The translations under genes were made by a program, and so were the position numbers. Source: Enoplolaimus lenunculus (lineage: Eukaryota). Taken from it: a stretch of DNA of 64,000 bases. The notes under the pieces were generated by a model. The model was not told where the DNA came from. It worked only from the letters and a program-made list of their open reading frames with translations, and made no database searches. Every line of letters starts with the position of its first letter. The stretch's first letter is position 1. This document shows, in pieces, positions 38,394 to 52,000 of this stretch. Where the stretch lies: NCBI GenBank assembly GCA_030248215.1, contig JASANG010003810.1, positions 372,001 to 436,000 on the forward strand, in the 5' to 3' direction.

Positions 38394-41300
38394 ATGGCTG
38401 GAAAACAGCGATCAGCGCTGTTTGTATGCTTGGGTGAGTACCGAATTTTTACTGTTGACATCTCACGCATCGTAAACATTGGCTCATGTAAAAATCAAGG
38501 GCGGAACGTTATTCCGTGTGACCGGAATAGAGTAAGCTTAAGATTTAGACTATTTTTTTGCATAGGATTAGGTATAAGCTCATTTTTACGCTTAGGCTTA
38601 GGAATATGCTTAAACTACTGTTCCGCTTTCGTTCTATACATTGTCCGTAACATTTATACGCTGACAGAACGGTAACAAAGTATATGAATTGTTTGAAGCA
38701 GGCTCTGGCCCAAGTAAAGATCAGGGCGAAACGTTTTTCTGTGGGACTACAATATAGTAAAGCTTAAGGTTTAGATTAATTTTTTTGCCTGGCTTAGGCT
38801 TTGGGTTAGGCTCAGGCTTAATATGAATATGCTCATTCTTTACGCTTAGGCTTAGGCTAGGCTTAGGCTTAGGATTATGCTTATAATACTATTCCGCCCC
38901 TGTTCTTTACATTGGCCCATGCTCTTAAGCTTTATAACATTAATTTTCTTTTAGTTTCGATATTGTTTCACCACCGGTTGCGTCTTGGGTGGTAATGCTT
39001 ATGTCAAGGACGCTTTGCGTAAGTAGGGCCGTGATGTATATACTTTACTATGCCGAACGCCGCCGCATGCCTCCATGCGCCGGCACACGCCGTTATGCGT
39101 TGCTAACAAAACTGTATAGGCAAAATCTATTTGATGGCGTGTATCCAAGTTTTAATAAACCAATTTTATCGTGCCGCCGCCAGCGTCTCGCGGCGTCGCC
39201 TGGCGGGGCGCAGCGGCGTCTGGCGTCGGCGTGCGGCGGGGTTTGGCGTCGACGTGCGGCGGCGTTTGGCGTCGACGTGCGGCGGCGTTTGGCGTCGACG
39301 TGCGGCGGCGTTTGGCGTCGACGTGCGGCGAGTATAGCGCAACCCGTAGTGTTTTTGAAGATGTGCGTATAAGCATATGGAATACAATTCAGCGGCGGAG
39401 AGTTCCCGTCTTCGTGTTGAATAACAAGGATATGACCATTTCAGGCAATATTTGTCGGTCTCCTATTGCGGAAGCTTGTTTCATTAAAGCAGTTAAAGAT
39501 CGTAACGTCGAGCATGAGGTATTTGTATCCCTTTTGAATTATCGCCATTTACGTTGATGCACGCTTTATGATTGGTTACTACCTTAATGCCATACTCAAA
39601 TACGATTGGCTGTTGCAAATACTCGTTTTTGATTGACAAAGTAACCGCAACCTGTTGGCAACCAAACAGTTTGTTTTACTGAGTACGTGGAATCAAGCCG
39701 GAGTACGACTATCAAGTAATCAATCAGAAAACGCACAGTTTTATCAGACATGATTCCGCCTTGGGCTAGCCCAAGTCGTAATTCCGCTTTTGAGTAGCCC
39801 AATTCGGAATTGGGCTGAATTACGATTTGGGCTACGACATGTATACATTTATGCAGCTACACAACTGGTTATTAACCATATCTGGTCTGTAAAGGATTAC
39901 GGGTTTGAATAAAACAAAAATTAATATTTTAGTGGCGAATTGATAGCGCTGCTGTTATTGATTATCACGTCGGCAAAGGACCAGATAAACGAACGCTGAC
40001 AGCTCTTCAGAAACATGGAATTACTGATTATGATCATAAAGTTCGTCAGGTAAAGTATATAAAGTATTGGGTCAATGTTACTTTTATGGGCGTAACAGTA
40101 GATTAAGCGTATTCTTAAGTCTGAGCTTAAGCCTAAGCGTTGCAAAAATGTGTTCCTAAGCCTAAACCTAAGCCTAAGCCTAAACCTAAGCAAAAATTTG
40201 TAATCTAGAATCTAAACACTCTCTTTTATGGACCCACGAGAAACCGTTACGCCCCTTAAAGTGACATTGGCCAAGTTTTGCTTAATTCTAAAACGGGTCT
40301 CCGAGTGCAGCGAGATTGTGCTTAATATGGAAAAGTTTAACCATAGACGTCTTCCAATCCGACTGACCCAAAAGCCGAAGCCAATCAAATTGATCCGACC
40401 ACAATTGCAAAAATACAAAAATTGCCTGCGCGGAAATCAATCAAAGAACTTGAATCTTTTTTTAGGTTTAGCTTCAACATTATGATAATTGTGCTAAAAA
40501 ATTTTGCTTCAATTACATATCCATTAAATTTACTCACACACAAAAATGTTACCTTTCGATGGTCTGATTCCTGCCAGTAAGCTTTTGAACATTTAAAACG
40601 AATTTTTACCGCGGACCAATACTCAGACGTTCGAAATACAACAACCGATGTACGAATTACTAGTAGTATTTGTGAAATTTTTCCAACGGTATGTGACCAA
40701 ATTTGGTGAAAATGAAAATTAGCTAAACTACAAAAACCTGTACAATTTTATAACGCGCAGCTTAAACCAAACTGTACCGGCCAAATTTAAAACGAAACCA
40801 ATGGAGTTACTGGCAACTTTCGCCCCAATGAAAAACACCGAGTTTTATTTAACAGAGTCGAACTCTTTTACACCTGAACGTCGTCACCGGAATTTTAAAC
40901 TTAATTGATGTTCTCGCGCAGGTTTACAATTGATCCTTCGGTCCATGTTATTTTAAGGGGCGTCCAGGTTTCTGGTGGGTCTACAAACAGTAGATTTAGA
41001 CTCTTGATTACATTTTTTGCTTAGGCTTAAGCTTAGGCTTAGGAATTCATTTTTGCAACGCTTAGACTTAGGCTTAGGCTTAGGAATACGCTTAATCTAC
41101 TGTTACGCACCTTAAAGTATAAGATTGGCCAGCGCAGGTTTACGATTGATCCTTCAGTGGGCGAAAGCCGCATTGGGTTGCGGTCAAGTCGCCTGCTAAA
41201 CAAGGGTCAGTCGTGGATATGCGTTGATGTATTCAATAGATGTGGATAAGCATGCTAAGCTAAGCCCATATTCTTCAAATGCATGTAGCACCTATCACCA

Positions 41301-42728
41301 GTTAGTAATAGGTTTTCAAACTAACGAACTGCTGCAATTGCAGATCTCAAAATTTGCACAGTAGCCGAGAAAATCGAAAATAATAAATGTGCTGAATTTC
41401 AACCGCCACTATTCTCTGGTTCGCAGATTACAAGGCCTATCTTCAACTGGTAACAGGTGCTACACACATTTGAGAATACCGGCTCTAGATTTAGATACCA
41501 GTAATATACACTTTCGATCTAAAAAATTCGATTACATTTTAAGCTTCTAAAATTTAAAGCTTTTACAAAGGCGACTGATGCAGCGATTATTTTTAATATG
41601 AATAAATTTATGGTTAATTATTTAGTTAAAACCCGGAACCAGATGTCCATAGTTTCGCCGGAACCCTACATTTTGTAAAAATACGAAAAAGTCTACTACT
41701 GAAAATGACGTATGACATCCGACGAATCTGAGGCACTGAACGCGGTCCTTGCCATCAATAGTGCCCAGGTTTGTGTATAACGCAGCTTGAGTACTTGTAT
41801 AGCGTCACCACGCGCTGTTTCAGGTTACAACGGAAGACCTGAGGACATTTGATTACATATTTGGCATGGACGAAGAAAACATGTGGTATGTTAGTCGCTT
41901 TGTTTCATGAAAGCAGCTGTACATTTGACTAGCGGATTCATAAAAGAGAGGGGGGGGCGTACGTCCTCCGTCAGAAAATTTTTTGTGATAAAATGGTAAG
42001 ATAGCTTTTCAAATATATAGCATACGGTAAAAATTGCATTTAATAACTGTTCTGGATTCTCCGCGCCGCTGTTTGTTTGCTATAACAGCTAAAAATGCGG
42101 CGGATTTTTGTGACAGAATGAAAAAAGACTTGTTTTTGTGGGGGAAACTTCTCCGTTGTGTGGGTCATAAACAAAGCAATCTGCGTGACTGTCACTAAAA
42201 GATTCAACTTTTTCTGTTTCAGCGATCTGAAAAGTCTTGTGAAAATGAACGACGGAAAATCGTCAGCCAAATTGTTACTATTGGGTTCGTTTGATTCGGA
42301 AGGCGAATTAATTATTCAAGATCCGTATTATGTAAGTTTTAAATTTAAATGTTATTTTTCTTGAAGTATATAGTTGAAATAACATCAATTTTTAGTTATT
42401 TAGGCCCATGTAAAGATTAGGGGCGGAACGTTTTTCTGTGGGACTAGAAAAAAGTAAACTTAAGCTTTAGACTAATTTTTTTGCTTGGCTTAGGCTTTAG
42501 AAATATGCTTGTAATACTGTTTACGCCCCTGTTCTTTACATTGGCTGTTATTTACGTGCAGTGGTGTGGTTGGTTGTAGACTTGCTAATATGCGGTCATA
42601 CTCCTTGTGAGATTCTACCTTTTATGTATTTGTTGCAGGGAGTCGATTCTAAAGATTTTGATCGCATATTCAATCAATGCTCAAGATCGTGTGTCGGCTT
42701 TTTGGACTCAATATATGGAAAATTGTAA
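38394..42728 (+). CDS. ACP1: Low molecular weight protein-tyrosine phosphatase (~163 aa); exons 38394-38433, 39445-39518, 39933-40049, 41824-41885, 42223-42331, 42639-42728
   Basis: Spliced translation MAGKQRSALFVCLGNICRSPIAEA...WRIDSAA...HVG..PD.R...RQVTTED...FDYIFGMDEEN...LLGSFD....IIQDPYYG...QCSRSC contains the intact CLGNICRS P-loop and DPYY acid loop. All introns are GT-AG. Confidence 0.96.
40280..40612 (+). pseudogene. Decayed Gypsy/Ty3-type pol fragment (RT C-terminus/connection region) in ACP1 intron 3
   Basis: Broken reading frames give KELESF/LGLAS...NFASITYPLNLLTHKNVTFRWSDSCQ*AFEHLK, matching the Gypsy 'FLGLxxYYRxFIxNFAxIxxPLxxL..K...F.W...CQ.AF..LK' pattern, with stops and frameshifts. 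Confidence 0.75.
42403..42546. mobile_element. TTAGGC-bearing MITE, subfamily A copy in ACP1 intron 5
   Basis: Canonical TIRs; exact 8-bp TSD GTTATTTA. Confidence 0.88.
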
Positions 42729-43776
42729 AAAAAATAGTTTTTTATATTGTTTATATATTTTTCCGTCCATTTGAATAGTGTAATAGATAAAAGTTGCATT
42801 AATTATTCGAGCGAATTCGGGCCTACTCACTGCGAGACTGGGGCGCTGGTATACTGACACATGGGAGACTGACAGTGGAAGACAAGGAACCTGGTCACTG
42901 GAAGACGGTGAAATTGGCAGTGAGCAGGCCCTTATAGTTAACACGGGCCGCGTGAACAGTTTTGAAAGTGATTTTAACATTTTTTCGCCCAACAATGTTT
43001 AGCAACACCAACTACCGTGTCCAGTTGCAGTATATTAAGGTGTGTAGCATTAACCCTTCTCACATCGAGTTGCGTATAGGCAACTCAGCGCAGTGTATAT
43101 ACGTTAAATATATCGCACCGTGTTTAACAATTGCAACACGTATACATAGTACTAAATCATCACAAGACGTGAGAGCCCCCTCGGGCTCGAGCATCGAGCT
43201 CCTATAGATCAGTGGTGATGATATACGCCTCCCACTCCAGTTACTGCAGTTCCAATCCTAGCATAAAAGTAGGTCTCAGGGGAAATGGAAAATATTCATG
43301 TGAGAACGGATTAAAGTACGCGGTGCGAATGCTATTTTAATTTGATACCGACAAAAATGATTCGAGTCTATCGATCGAAAAAACAATCAAGGGCCAATGT
43401 TACTTTTAGGGGCGTAGCAGTAGATTGAGCGTGTTTCTAAGCCTTAGCGTTGCAAAAGTGTGTTACAAAGCCTAAGCCTAACCAGAAACCTGGACGCCTT
43501 TAAAAGTAACATGAGCCGATAAACCATTCAACAGCGATTGATGTTTATTCGCCCATACAATAATACTAAGTACGTGTTTAATTTTTAACATGTTATATTA
43601 AAACATACAAAATTGTGTTTGTTTTGGCGAGCTATATATACACACCAAAAATTTGTCAGATGATGCAATTGTAATGCAAAATTTAAAAATTCAAAATTAA
43701 ATATATACGAAATAAATATTTTACACCTGTTCCAAAATGCAACTAGAGCGCCTGAGCTCAAAAAATTTTGCCGGAG

Positions 43777-44397
43777 CCGGTGTCACGGCAGATTTTCTCC
43801 CCAAAAAAATCTGCCCGGGCACATTTTCCCCCCGGAAAAATTTGCCTGGGCAGATTTTTCCCCCCGGGAAATTTCTGTCCGGGCAGATTTTTTCTCCGAA
43901 TGCTCTGGCAGATTTTTCTCTTCAGAAGTATCCGCCCAGACAGAATTTTAATTTTTTTGAGTGGACGATGGTATATACATATCAACTGAAGTACTCACTC
44001 AATTTTCTATGCGCAGTTTCTTTTTAGATATATTTTTAAAAAATCATACTTAAGCTAAAATCGATTTAGAATCCTTGCAATAGCGTATATGGTGGACCTA
44101 GCTATGGGTACATGTCCAAGTCACAGGATCTATGACCAGCAACTTATTCGCGGACATTTGTACGAATGTGTTGAATCAGGCAATAAGTGAATTTCCCGGA
44201 ATATGGAGGGAGAACAAAGAGTCTCCACAGTTTATGACTTTCCAGATCATCTACTAAATTAGCGGAAAGAAATGTACGTACTAGATGCTATTTTAGCAAT
44301 TTTTTGTATTCATTTTGTAAATTTGTTAATATTTGTACATATTAAAAATTCCGAGGAGAAAAATCTGTCCGGGAGAAAAATCTGCCCGTGACACCGG
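43777..44397. mobile_element. Non-autonomous TIR element with repeated GGCAGATTTTT motifs
   Basis: CCGGTGTCACGGCAGATTTTCTCCC...GGGAGAAAAATCTGCCCGTGACACCGG; no clear TSD. Confidence 0.7.
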
Positions 44398-44661
44398 ACC
44401 CAGATTTAAAACAAAATTAGGTTATAAAAACGATGCTCAATTTATAAATTTTAACCATTTCACGGAGTGTTGCCAAAATATTCTGTTAAACTTTCGTTTT
44501 TGAGGGCATTTACGGAAAACCACTGCGTTTTCGCAAAATATTCCAGTAAAAAAATGCAATCAAGAATCACCTTAAAAATAAAATATACGGAAACTTTTTT
44601 TGCAATAAACTGGATATATTTAATGCAACAAAACTGGTTATATGTGTATAGGCATGTTATG

Positions 44662-45383
44662 CGTGGTTCACGTTGTAACTGGGGCAACCTGGAACACGTT
44701 TTGTCCCTGTTACAATAACAGGTAAGATTTTGTCTGCACGTCGATGCGCTATCGTACTCAACAAATTTGACTGTCTGCTATCCTCATGTGACATTCAGTG
44801 TTTGTACTGCAATAGGTATCATATCATATTCGAAATATTGTAAGTCAATATCATACGATATGTTTGAAAATGTTTGCACGGTTATGGTAAACTAGTCTCA
44901 ATCTCCTGTAGAATATCATGTTTGAAATATGATTTATTTGTGCTTAGGAATATATTAAGGCAAAATTTCAGCCAGAAAAAGAAAAAAGCTTATTCAGTAT
45001 TCGAAATCACTCGAAGCTACATTATCTAACTTTTCACTGTATTTTTAGTTCGCACATATTACAATGTCCTGCATCATATCATGTAATATTCGGTAGAATT
45101 TCGGAATATCATTGATATTCACATAAATGTGCCGTAGTCGTAGTATTATGTGACATATAGTTGGTGCACGACAGGGTACAGCCGGAGGTCCGGCTGCGGC
45201 ACAAAATCGGCATCCGGCTAAGGCACACAATCGGCCTCCGGCTCCGGTAGAATTTTTGCCGGACGTTCCGGTACATTCACGTTGTGTCTACGTAATCGCT
45301 ATTCAGATAATATTTTATGTTTAACGTCAAATCTACATGGACAAAACATGTTCCGGGTTGCCCCAGTTATAACGTGCACCCCG
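44662..45383. mobile_element. Non-autonomous TIR element, possibly Tc1/mariner-like
   Basis: ~48-bp imperfect TIRs containing CACGTT.TAACTGGGGCAAC..GGAACA.GTTTTGTCC; TA at the right end. Confidence 0.65.
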
Positions 45384-47009
45384 TATTATATAGGTAACAA
45401 CAAGATAAAGAATATAATAGACTTTTGATAAACCAAAAATATTAACCCAAATGCACATCCAAAACATATAAAATACCATACATGTTACAAAGCAGTAAAC
45501 ACAGTTACAACAGAAGAAATTTCGGCTCTTGTACACTTTTCCGCACATTTAATGTTAAAGCCTAAAGCTTATTCCCACTGGCCAATATAAAGAACAGGCG
45601 CGGAACATTATTATAAGGATACTCTAAATTTAAGCCTAAGCGTGAATGAGCATATTCCTAAGCCTGAGCCAAGCAAAAAAATTAGTCTAAAGCTTACGCT
45701 TACACTATTGCAGTCCCACAGAAAAAACGTTCCGCCCCTGATCTTTACATGGGACAACACCTTAAGCTTTTTCCTGAACCTAAGGTTTTGACCGATGTTT
45801 ACACAGATTTCAAATACAACATAACGGCATAGTAACATTATCAAACGAATCCTACAGCATTGCATAGATCGTTCTGGTTCTAATATTCAGCTATTACCCT
45901 TTTATAACTAACTTCTGCAGACATGAGAATTAATTCTATACGCAACCAAACACGGTAAGACAATGACATATTAACCTAATAATGCTGTAATCAGATCACC
46001 GTGCACAGAATTCGATAACCTATTAAAACATTATCAACGCAACGTAGTTGGCAATACCATCAGGCAGCAGAAAAAAACATTTCATACAATTTTACAACTC
46101 AAACTGCATCACGACGATACACCCCTCACAAAAAAAATCAAGATCGAACAATATGCTTTCTACTAAACGTTCTGACACAACAAAACACACTTTTAACAGG
46201 CGAAATTTTTCACAACCAGTTAAATTTTTAGACCAGTATTTTTATTACATATCCTTAAAGTATAAAAAATAAAATGTAACAGCCGCCCCATCCCCGAAAA
46301 AATCACGGGATCGGCGGCCCATGTATAGAACAAGGCCGGATCGTTTTCCGGCGGAGCTGTAATATAGTCAGTTTAAGCTTTACACTAACTGGTTTTCTAG
46401 GCTTACGCTTAGCCTTAGCAATGCTTTACACTACTGTTCTGGCTCTGTTCTATACATTGGCCGGACCGACAGTGTCTTTTGGCTCGTAGACGTCAGAAAA
46501 TTAATTCTAAACAGATCTTTCCACATTAACATTTGCAAACCAATTCGCATTCCTATCACATAAGAAACATAAAGAAATCTCTGAAAACATAACACATATA
46601 TAGTGACTAGAATCTATATTGTATTAAACACCGCTATTGCGACAAATTATATTCCCGAACGTTTGCATGGTACACTTTTAATTTACTAAATATACGCAAG
46701 ATATTTTCTGCACTGACCGCCCATTTTGAAATATTCGCGCTGTGCGAAATCGGAACTCTAAACCATCCCAAAATAGTTTCTTCGCTAATAGTATCTTAAT
46801 AAGATAAATGGACCATGTTATTTACAAGGAGCCTGTCCACTAAGCGTTAGCTTAAGCGTATTCTGGACGTGCGCCCAATCCCAGACTTCCCGATCTGCAA
46901 GTACCCATTCCCATTGTCTCCCCAGCGTGTAGGCGCCTATAATTAATATTAGCCAGACAAAAATCAAAATAGTTCTACACTACCGCATTACATATTATGA
47001 CATTTGAAC

Positions 47010-47455
47010 CAGAGTGGGAAGTGGGTAAGGATTGTCGTACCTGATGCACGTTCTACCCACGCAAACAAGAATTTTTTACCCGCGCGTATACCCGCGCAAA
47101 AAAAGATCTACCAACGACCCATCTTTTACCCGCGCCTGAAGTCAAACCTGTGATTTAAAGATCGCTGATGATTTGCACTTTAATGAAGTTTTGCGATATA
47201 GCTTCAATGAATTTTACTAGAAACAACCAAATTTCAAACCCAGCTAAAGAAAGCGCGGACTGCGACTTGACCAAAAATAAAACAGACAATAGCGCGTAGG
47301 TTTTCCGCCTTAAAACTTTAAAGTTTGCCGCGGGTAAAAACTCTGAATTTTTTACCCGCATTATAGAAATGTTTATCCGTGGGTATGCCCGCGCCTGAAA
47401 TTCTTTACCCGACCCGAGTTTACCCGCTGGTAAGCGCGGGTAATGTTCCACTCTG
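47010..47455. mobile_element. hAT-like MITE about 150 bp downstream of the KLHDC3 stop
   Basis: CAGAGTGG...CCACTCTG termini, exact 8-bp TSD ATTTGAAC, multiple TACCCG subterminal motifs. Confidence 0.85.
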
Positions 47456-47603
47456 ATTTGAACTGCTCGGCTTCGAAAGCTTAAGACAGTTTGCTATAGC
47501 GGACCAATCGCCTTCAAAACAACAATTCCATCTCCACACAAATGCTCGTTCCCTTTTAGCTGATTTTCACAGAAATTATCATCCTCCGTAATTTAACTGA
47601 ATC

Positions 47604-49064
47604 TCAACCTCGTATTTCCAGTCGTTCAGTTGCAATTGAGCTGATTTTGTTAGGTTGCGTTAAGGCCATAATTTCCCATCTGAAACACAAAATACAATAG
47701 TACAAGTTTTTTAGTCAGTCACGCGACAGATCCTCAAATTCACTTCTAAATACATCAATAGCAGGGTGCAAGCGAAATTCTGATTACGATTTGAATTTCG
47801 ACTCAAAACGAGCTCCAATTCCGTTTCCACAATCTATCGGAACCAGAATTTTGAAATTTTAATTCTAATCCTACTAAAATTCTGTATCATTGACGTAATA
47901 AATTGTTTTCGATGAGTTAACTTATCAATATTTGATTCCAGTTTAGCATTACAGAAGCAAAAATCATCGCCAGATACCTTACATCAAAATTATATTGGTC
48001 AAAACAAATTATTCGTATAATCGCAAAATTTCCATTTTCGATTCCGATTATAATTCTGGTATAAATTTGCTGTTCCGATTCCGGTATAATCCAGAATACA
48101 AGATCAACAAAATCAAAAGACGCACAATTTTTCAAATTTGCTGAAACAGATACACCATCGATGCAGTCAGGATATTCGAAAGAGGGATTATGTTCTATAA
48201 AAAATTCCAAAGGGGGAGGTTCTTGTCTCATAATCTAAAAACGATGTAAAAACCCATTACATCCTATAAGAAGGGTTTCACTCCTAAAATCCGCTTGGCT
48301 TCGCTCTTGCAACACTACGCCATGCAATGTTCAGTGTCTGACAACGGAACTAGAATGTTCATATCGTATTATCCAAAGCCTAAAACATATGACTGTTGCT
48401 AATCCTAAACGCCCAATCCTTAGTTAGATTCCACTAACCGTTTCCTAGAATAACACCTTCTTGCCCATGGGCCTAACATGATTTTAGAAAGAGACTGGCT
48501 GCGTTCTATTAAAATTACAAATGGGGGTTTGTGTTGCAAACTAAAATCGTACTTAAAACTCGCTCTACAAAAATCGCAATGGGGCTGATATGAAATCCTC
48601 CAAAGACGGCACCCTTTTTCTTGCTCCCACATTTTTACCTTAGATCCCAAGGCAGCTGTTCGAAATGCGTTTCGAGGTGCAAAGTAAAACAGGCAACGAT
48701 ACACAGCACCTTTAGACTTGGAGCTGAAACAGTAAAATAAACAAAGCTTAGTTTTTACTCTTGTATTTTTAATTTAGGTAATACTGATAGACTTAAACGT
48801 GCCCAACACATTGCCACACTGATAAATAGGCACTGCTACTTGAGACCGCTAAAGAGCCAATCGTAAAATGATGTACTACACTTTTAAGTTCCCATATGCG
48901 GCCAACGTAACTTTAAGGTGCGTAACGGTAGGTTAAGCATACTCCGAAGCCTAAGCCTAAGAGCTTAAGGCTCAGCGTAAACAAAACCTAAGTAAAGAAA
49001 AGCTTAACTAAACGTAAACCTAAACAAAAACTTCCCCGCCGACTTCGCGGTGCCCGTTCCCACC

Positions 49065-49097
<33 letters not shown>

Positions 49098-52000
49098 GTC
49101 TTATGCGTAAGCCGACTTTACGCGAAACCCGCAGGAAAAAAGACGCCCATAAAAGTAATACTGGCCTAGAAGCGGTAGTTGCCTTGCCTCAAAAACCTAC
49201 AACTGAAATGTGAACAATCATCAAAATGCTAGCACAGGAACAAATTTCATTTTGAAAACGTTCATCGGACAGACAGTGGCGGCAGAGCGCATAGAAAATT
49301 AGTTGTGCTAAACTTCGGGGCGAAGCACCTAAAGAAGTGTGAAATCTCGAGATATTTGAACAAAAATTTGTATTGTAAGTTTGATTTTAACCCTGAAAAA
49401 AATTTACACTCGTCAGCCGATGGGGGGATGCATACCACCGCCCCCCTGCATCGCCATTTTTACTTATACCATGTGTTTATAACTAAATCGCCACACTACC
49501 AAAATCCTGTGACACAAAAGTCACAAGGTATGAGTCCCACAGGCAGCTCAGCTCGCAGTTTGGATAAAAATTTCAGGAGAGGCATCCAAGGATTTTGAAA
49601 TGAATCTATGATTGTGTATCAATCGGAGAAAAACATACCAAAATCTAACACGTAAAGATCTGCTTGATCAACAAGCTCTGGTTCGAGTTCAAGTGAAATT
49701 GATGCGTTTTCGCGCGGACTAAAAATAAACGAAAATACCCAATTCAGGGTTTCCACGCAAAATAATTTACTAATTTTCATTATCAAATTACATCTCACAA
49801 ATTGGTTATATCCTGTCTGTCGACGCCTTTTTAGCGTAAGACCGCTGAGCCCGTGGATCCACCATTTTACCTTTGAATTGTGAGGACAAAAGAACCTAAA
49901 CATAACGGATAAACATGTTGCAAATTTTTAGAAACGTACTTCCTTATCCACATTTTAGGCTAGTTCACACTTACCTGGTACCTCCAAAGAGATACAACTT
50001 TTCATTTGCGAAAATACTGCAATGTCTTCTTCTGGGTTTGGGCCCATCACCATGGATATATAGTTGCGTCCACACAGAGATTGCTAAAATAGTAAGCTTA
50101 GTTTATTTACCCCAATACCACCAACAACGATCCGTTTCAACCAGCACAAAGTCGCCAACACCAAGTTCTGGGCTGGCTGCTGCAAAACTTTGCAAACGCA
50201 CATGATAAACGCAAACATACCAGCATTTTTTATATAAGTAGTTAAGTAGCGGCCACTTAAAAAGCATTCCGCCCGGCCTCTACTAAAAATAATCCTGGTA
50301 CCGCAAATGATATGTGGATATGCGTGCCCATTGTTAAACACCACTCTCATCTATCGTTTACTCAAAAGAAAGCGTAATCAAGAAACGTGCTTACCAGGAT
50401 CAAAACAATACAGCGTATTATAATGCTCTTTTGAAATACCATTGTAGCCACCAAATATATACAGTTTACCATCACGGGTAACTGAAATGAATATTTATAA
50501 CAAACAAAATTTCAGTAGCACCAAAGGTTAGCAACCAAGCTTGATTACAGGTTCTTACTGAAATCACTGCCTTAAGCTTCAATTTTAAACTTTTCTTTGC
50601 AGCAAATAATCTCAAAACTCACAACCACGGCTTACATTTATACAACAGTGAAACTTCCTTTAACTATTGAGACTTATAACCAAAAAATACGATCAAAAAC
50701 TGTGCTATACCTAAAATGTCTAAATTTTTATAACTAATCTGGTATCTTCAGATTGCTATGCTCTAGGGTTATGTTAGTATTATTAAATTATATATAATAT
50801 AATATATATAATATATATACTTACATGCAGAATGTGACCTCCTCCCACACGGATTACACTGACTAGTTGATGCAGGAGTAACATGAATCCACTCTTGTGT
50901 GTCAACATTCAAGTACGAAAGTGTATCACAGTATACTTCGCGGTTCGAATGAAACTGGCCCAAAACATCTGACCGACCACCAAATATATACATACGATTT
51001 CCGATAGGGGTTCCGGTATGGAAATCACGAAATTGGGGTGGCGCTCCCTAAACAAACAGTTCAATTACATCTTACGTTTATGCAGTTTCCAGCTCAGTGA
51101 CTGAAAATATCTTATTGCATTCAACAATATAGCTTGAAACGGTTTCTGATAAAAAAGTTTAATCATAGGCCCATGAACAGTTTTTGCATATAACTTAAAA
51201 GTTTGTCGTTAAAAAACAATTCGCTTTATATACCATTACGTACTACCCAAATATAGTTGAAAAAGTTGTTTATATATAGTTTCACACAACAGGCCAAATT
51301 TTATTTATGATGAATGATACAGGACTTAGCACTTATACAAATATTACGCCCGAAAATAAGTCAGGTGGAGGTCGGAGTAAAACATACAAAAGTCCCGCCA
51401 CAATGAAACGCGTGCTGAACGCTTACTAGTGTTGGAAGATGTTGCCACAACATTGAAGTCAAATCCAACGCATATACTTCATTAGAAAATCGTTCAAACT
51501 AAAACAGTTTAAAGACCAATATTTCAAGTAGCAATTAAAGAATAAACAAATTACAGCATGCCAAGCATCAGTTCATTTGCCTACGAAAGTGAGTTTTTAG
51601 AATATAAACGAAAGATATAATCCAGATTGAAATTTTGAAATTAAAACAGCAATGGTCAGCACATCACATTAGAACATAACTATCATAAGCTGCAAAAGTT
51701 GAAACCACTATTTTGAGATAATACAGTATTTTGAATTCTGATACTGAGCCAAATCCTGTTTGGTTACTACCCTTACACGTAGGTACAAAATCTAAGAATT
51801 TCGTAAAATACATGGAAAAATAGCTCACATCTTCTTCAAATCCACCAAATATGTACATAAAATTGCCAATCACGCATGCAGAATGCCCATCGCGGGATGG
51901 CGGAATAGTACCGTTTGTTGCAACTTCAGCCCACAATAACGATTCTGAAACATATAAAAATTAAACATGCTACCGAAAACAAGGTTTCGTAATTCCCTAC

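Noticed and set aside
38760..38880. True telomere or chromosome-fusion scar
   Set aside because: The TTAGGC runs are short and always enclosed by MITE TIRs and TSDs.
38989..39557. Arg/Ala-rich overlapping ORFs
   Set aside because: They arise from a GC-rich 23-bp tandem repeat within a MITE in ACP1 intron 1; only 39445-39518 is a real exon.
41712..41768. Alternative ACP1 exon (MTSDESEALNAVLAINSAQ|GT), analogous to vertebrate fast/slow isoform exons
   Set aside because: No similarity to exon 3 (no DSAA or PD.R motif) and no clear acceptor; probably chance.
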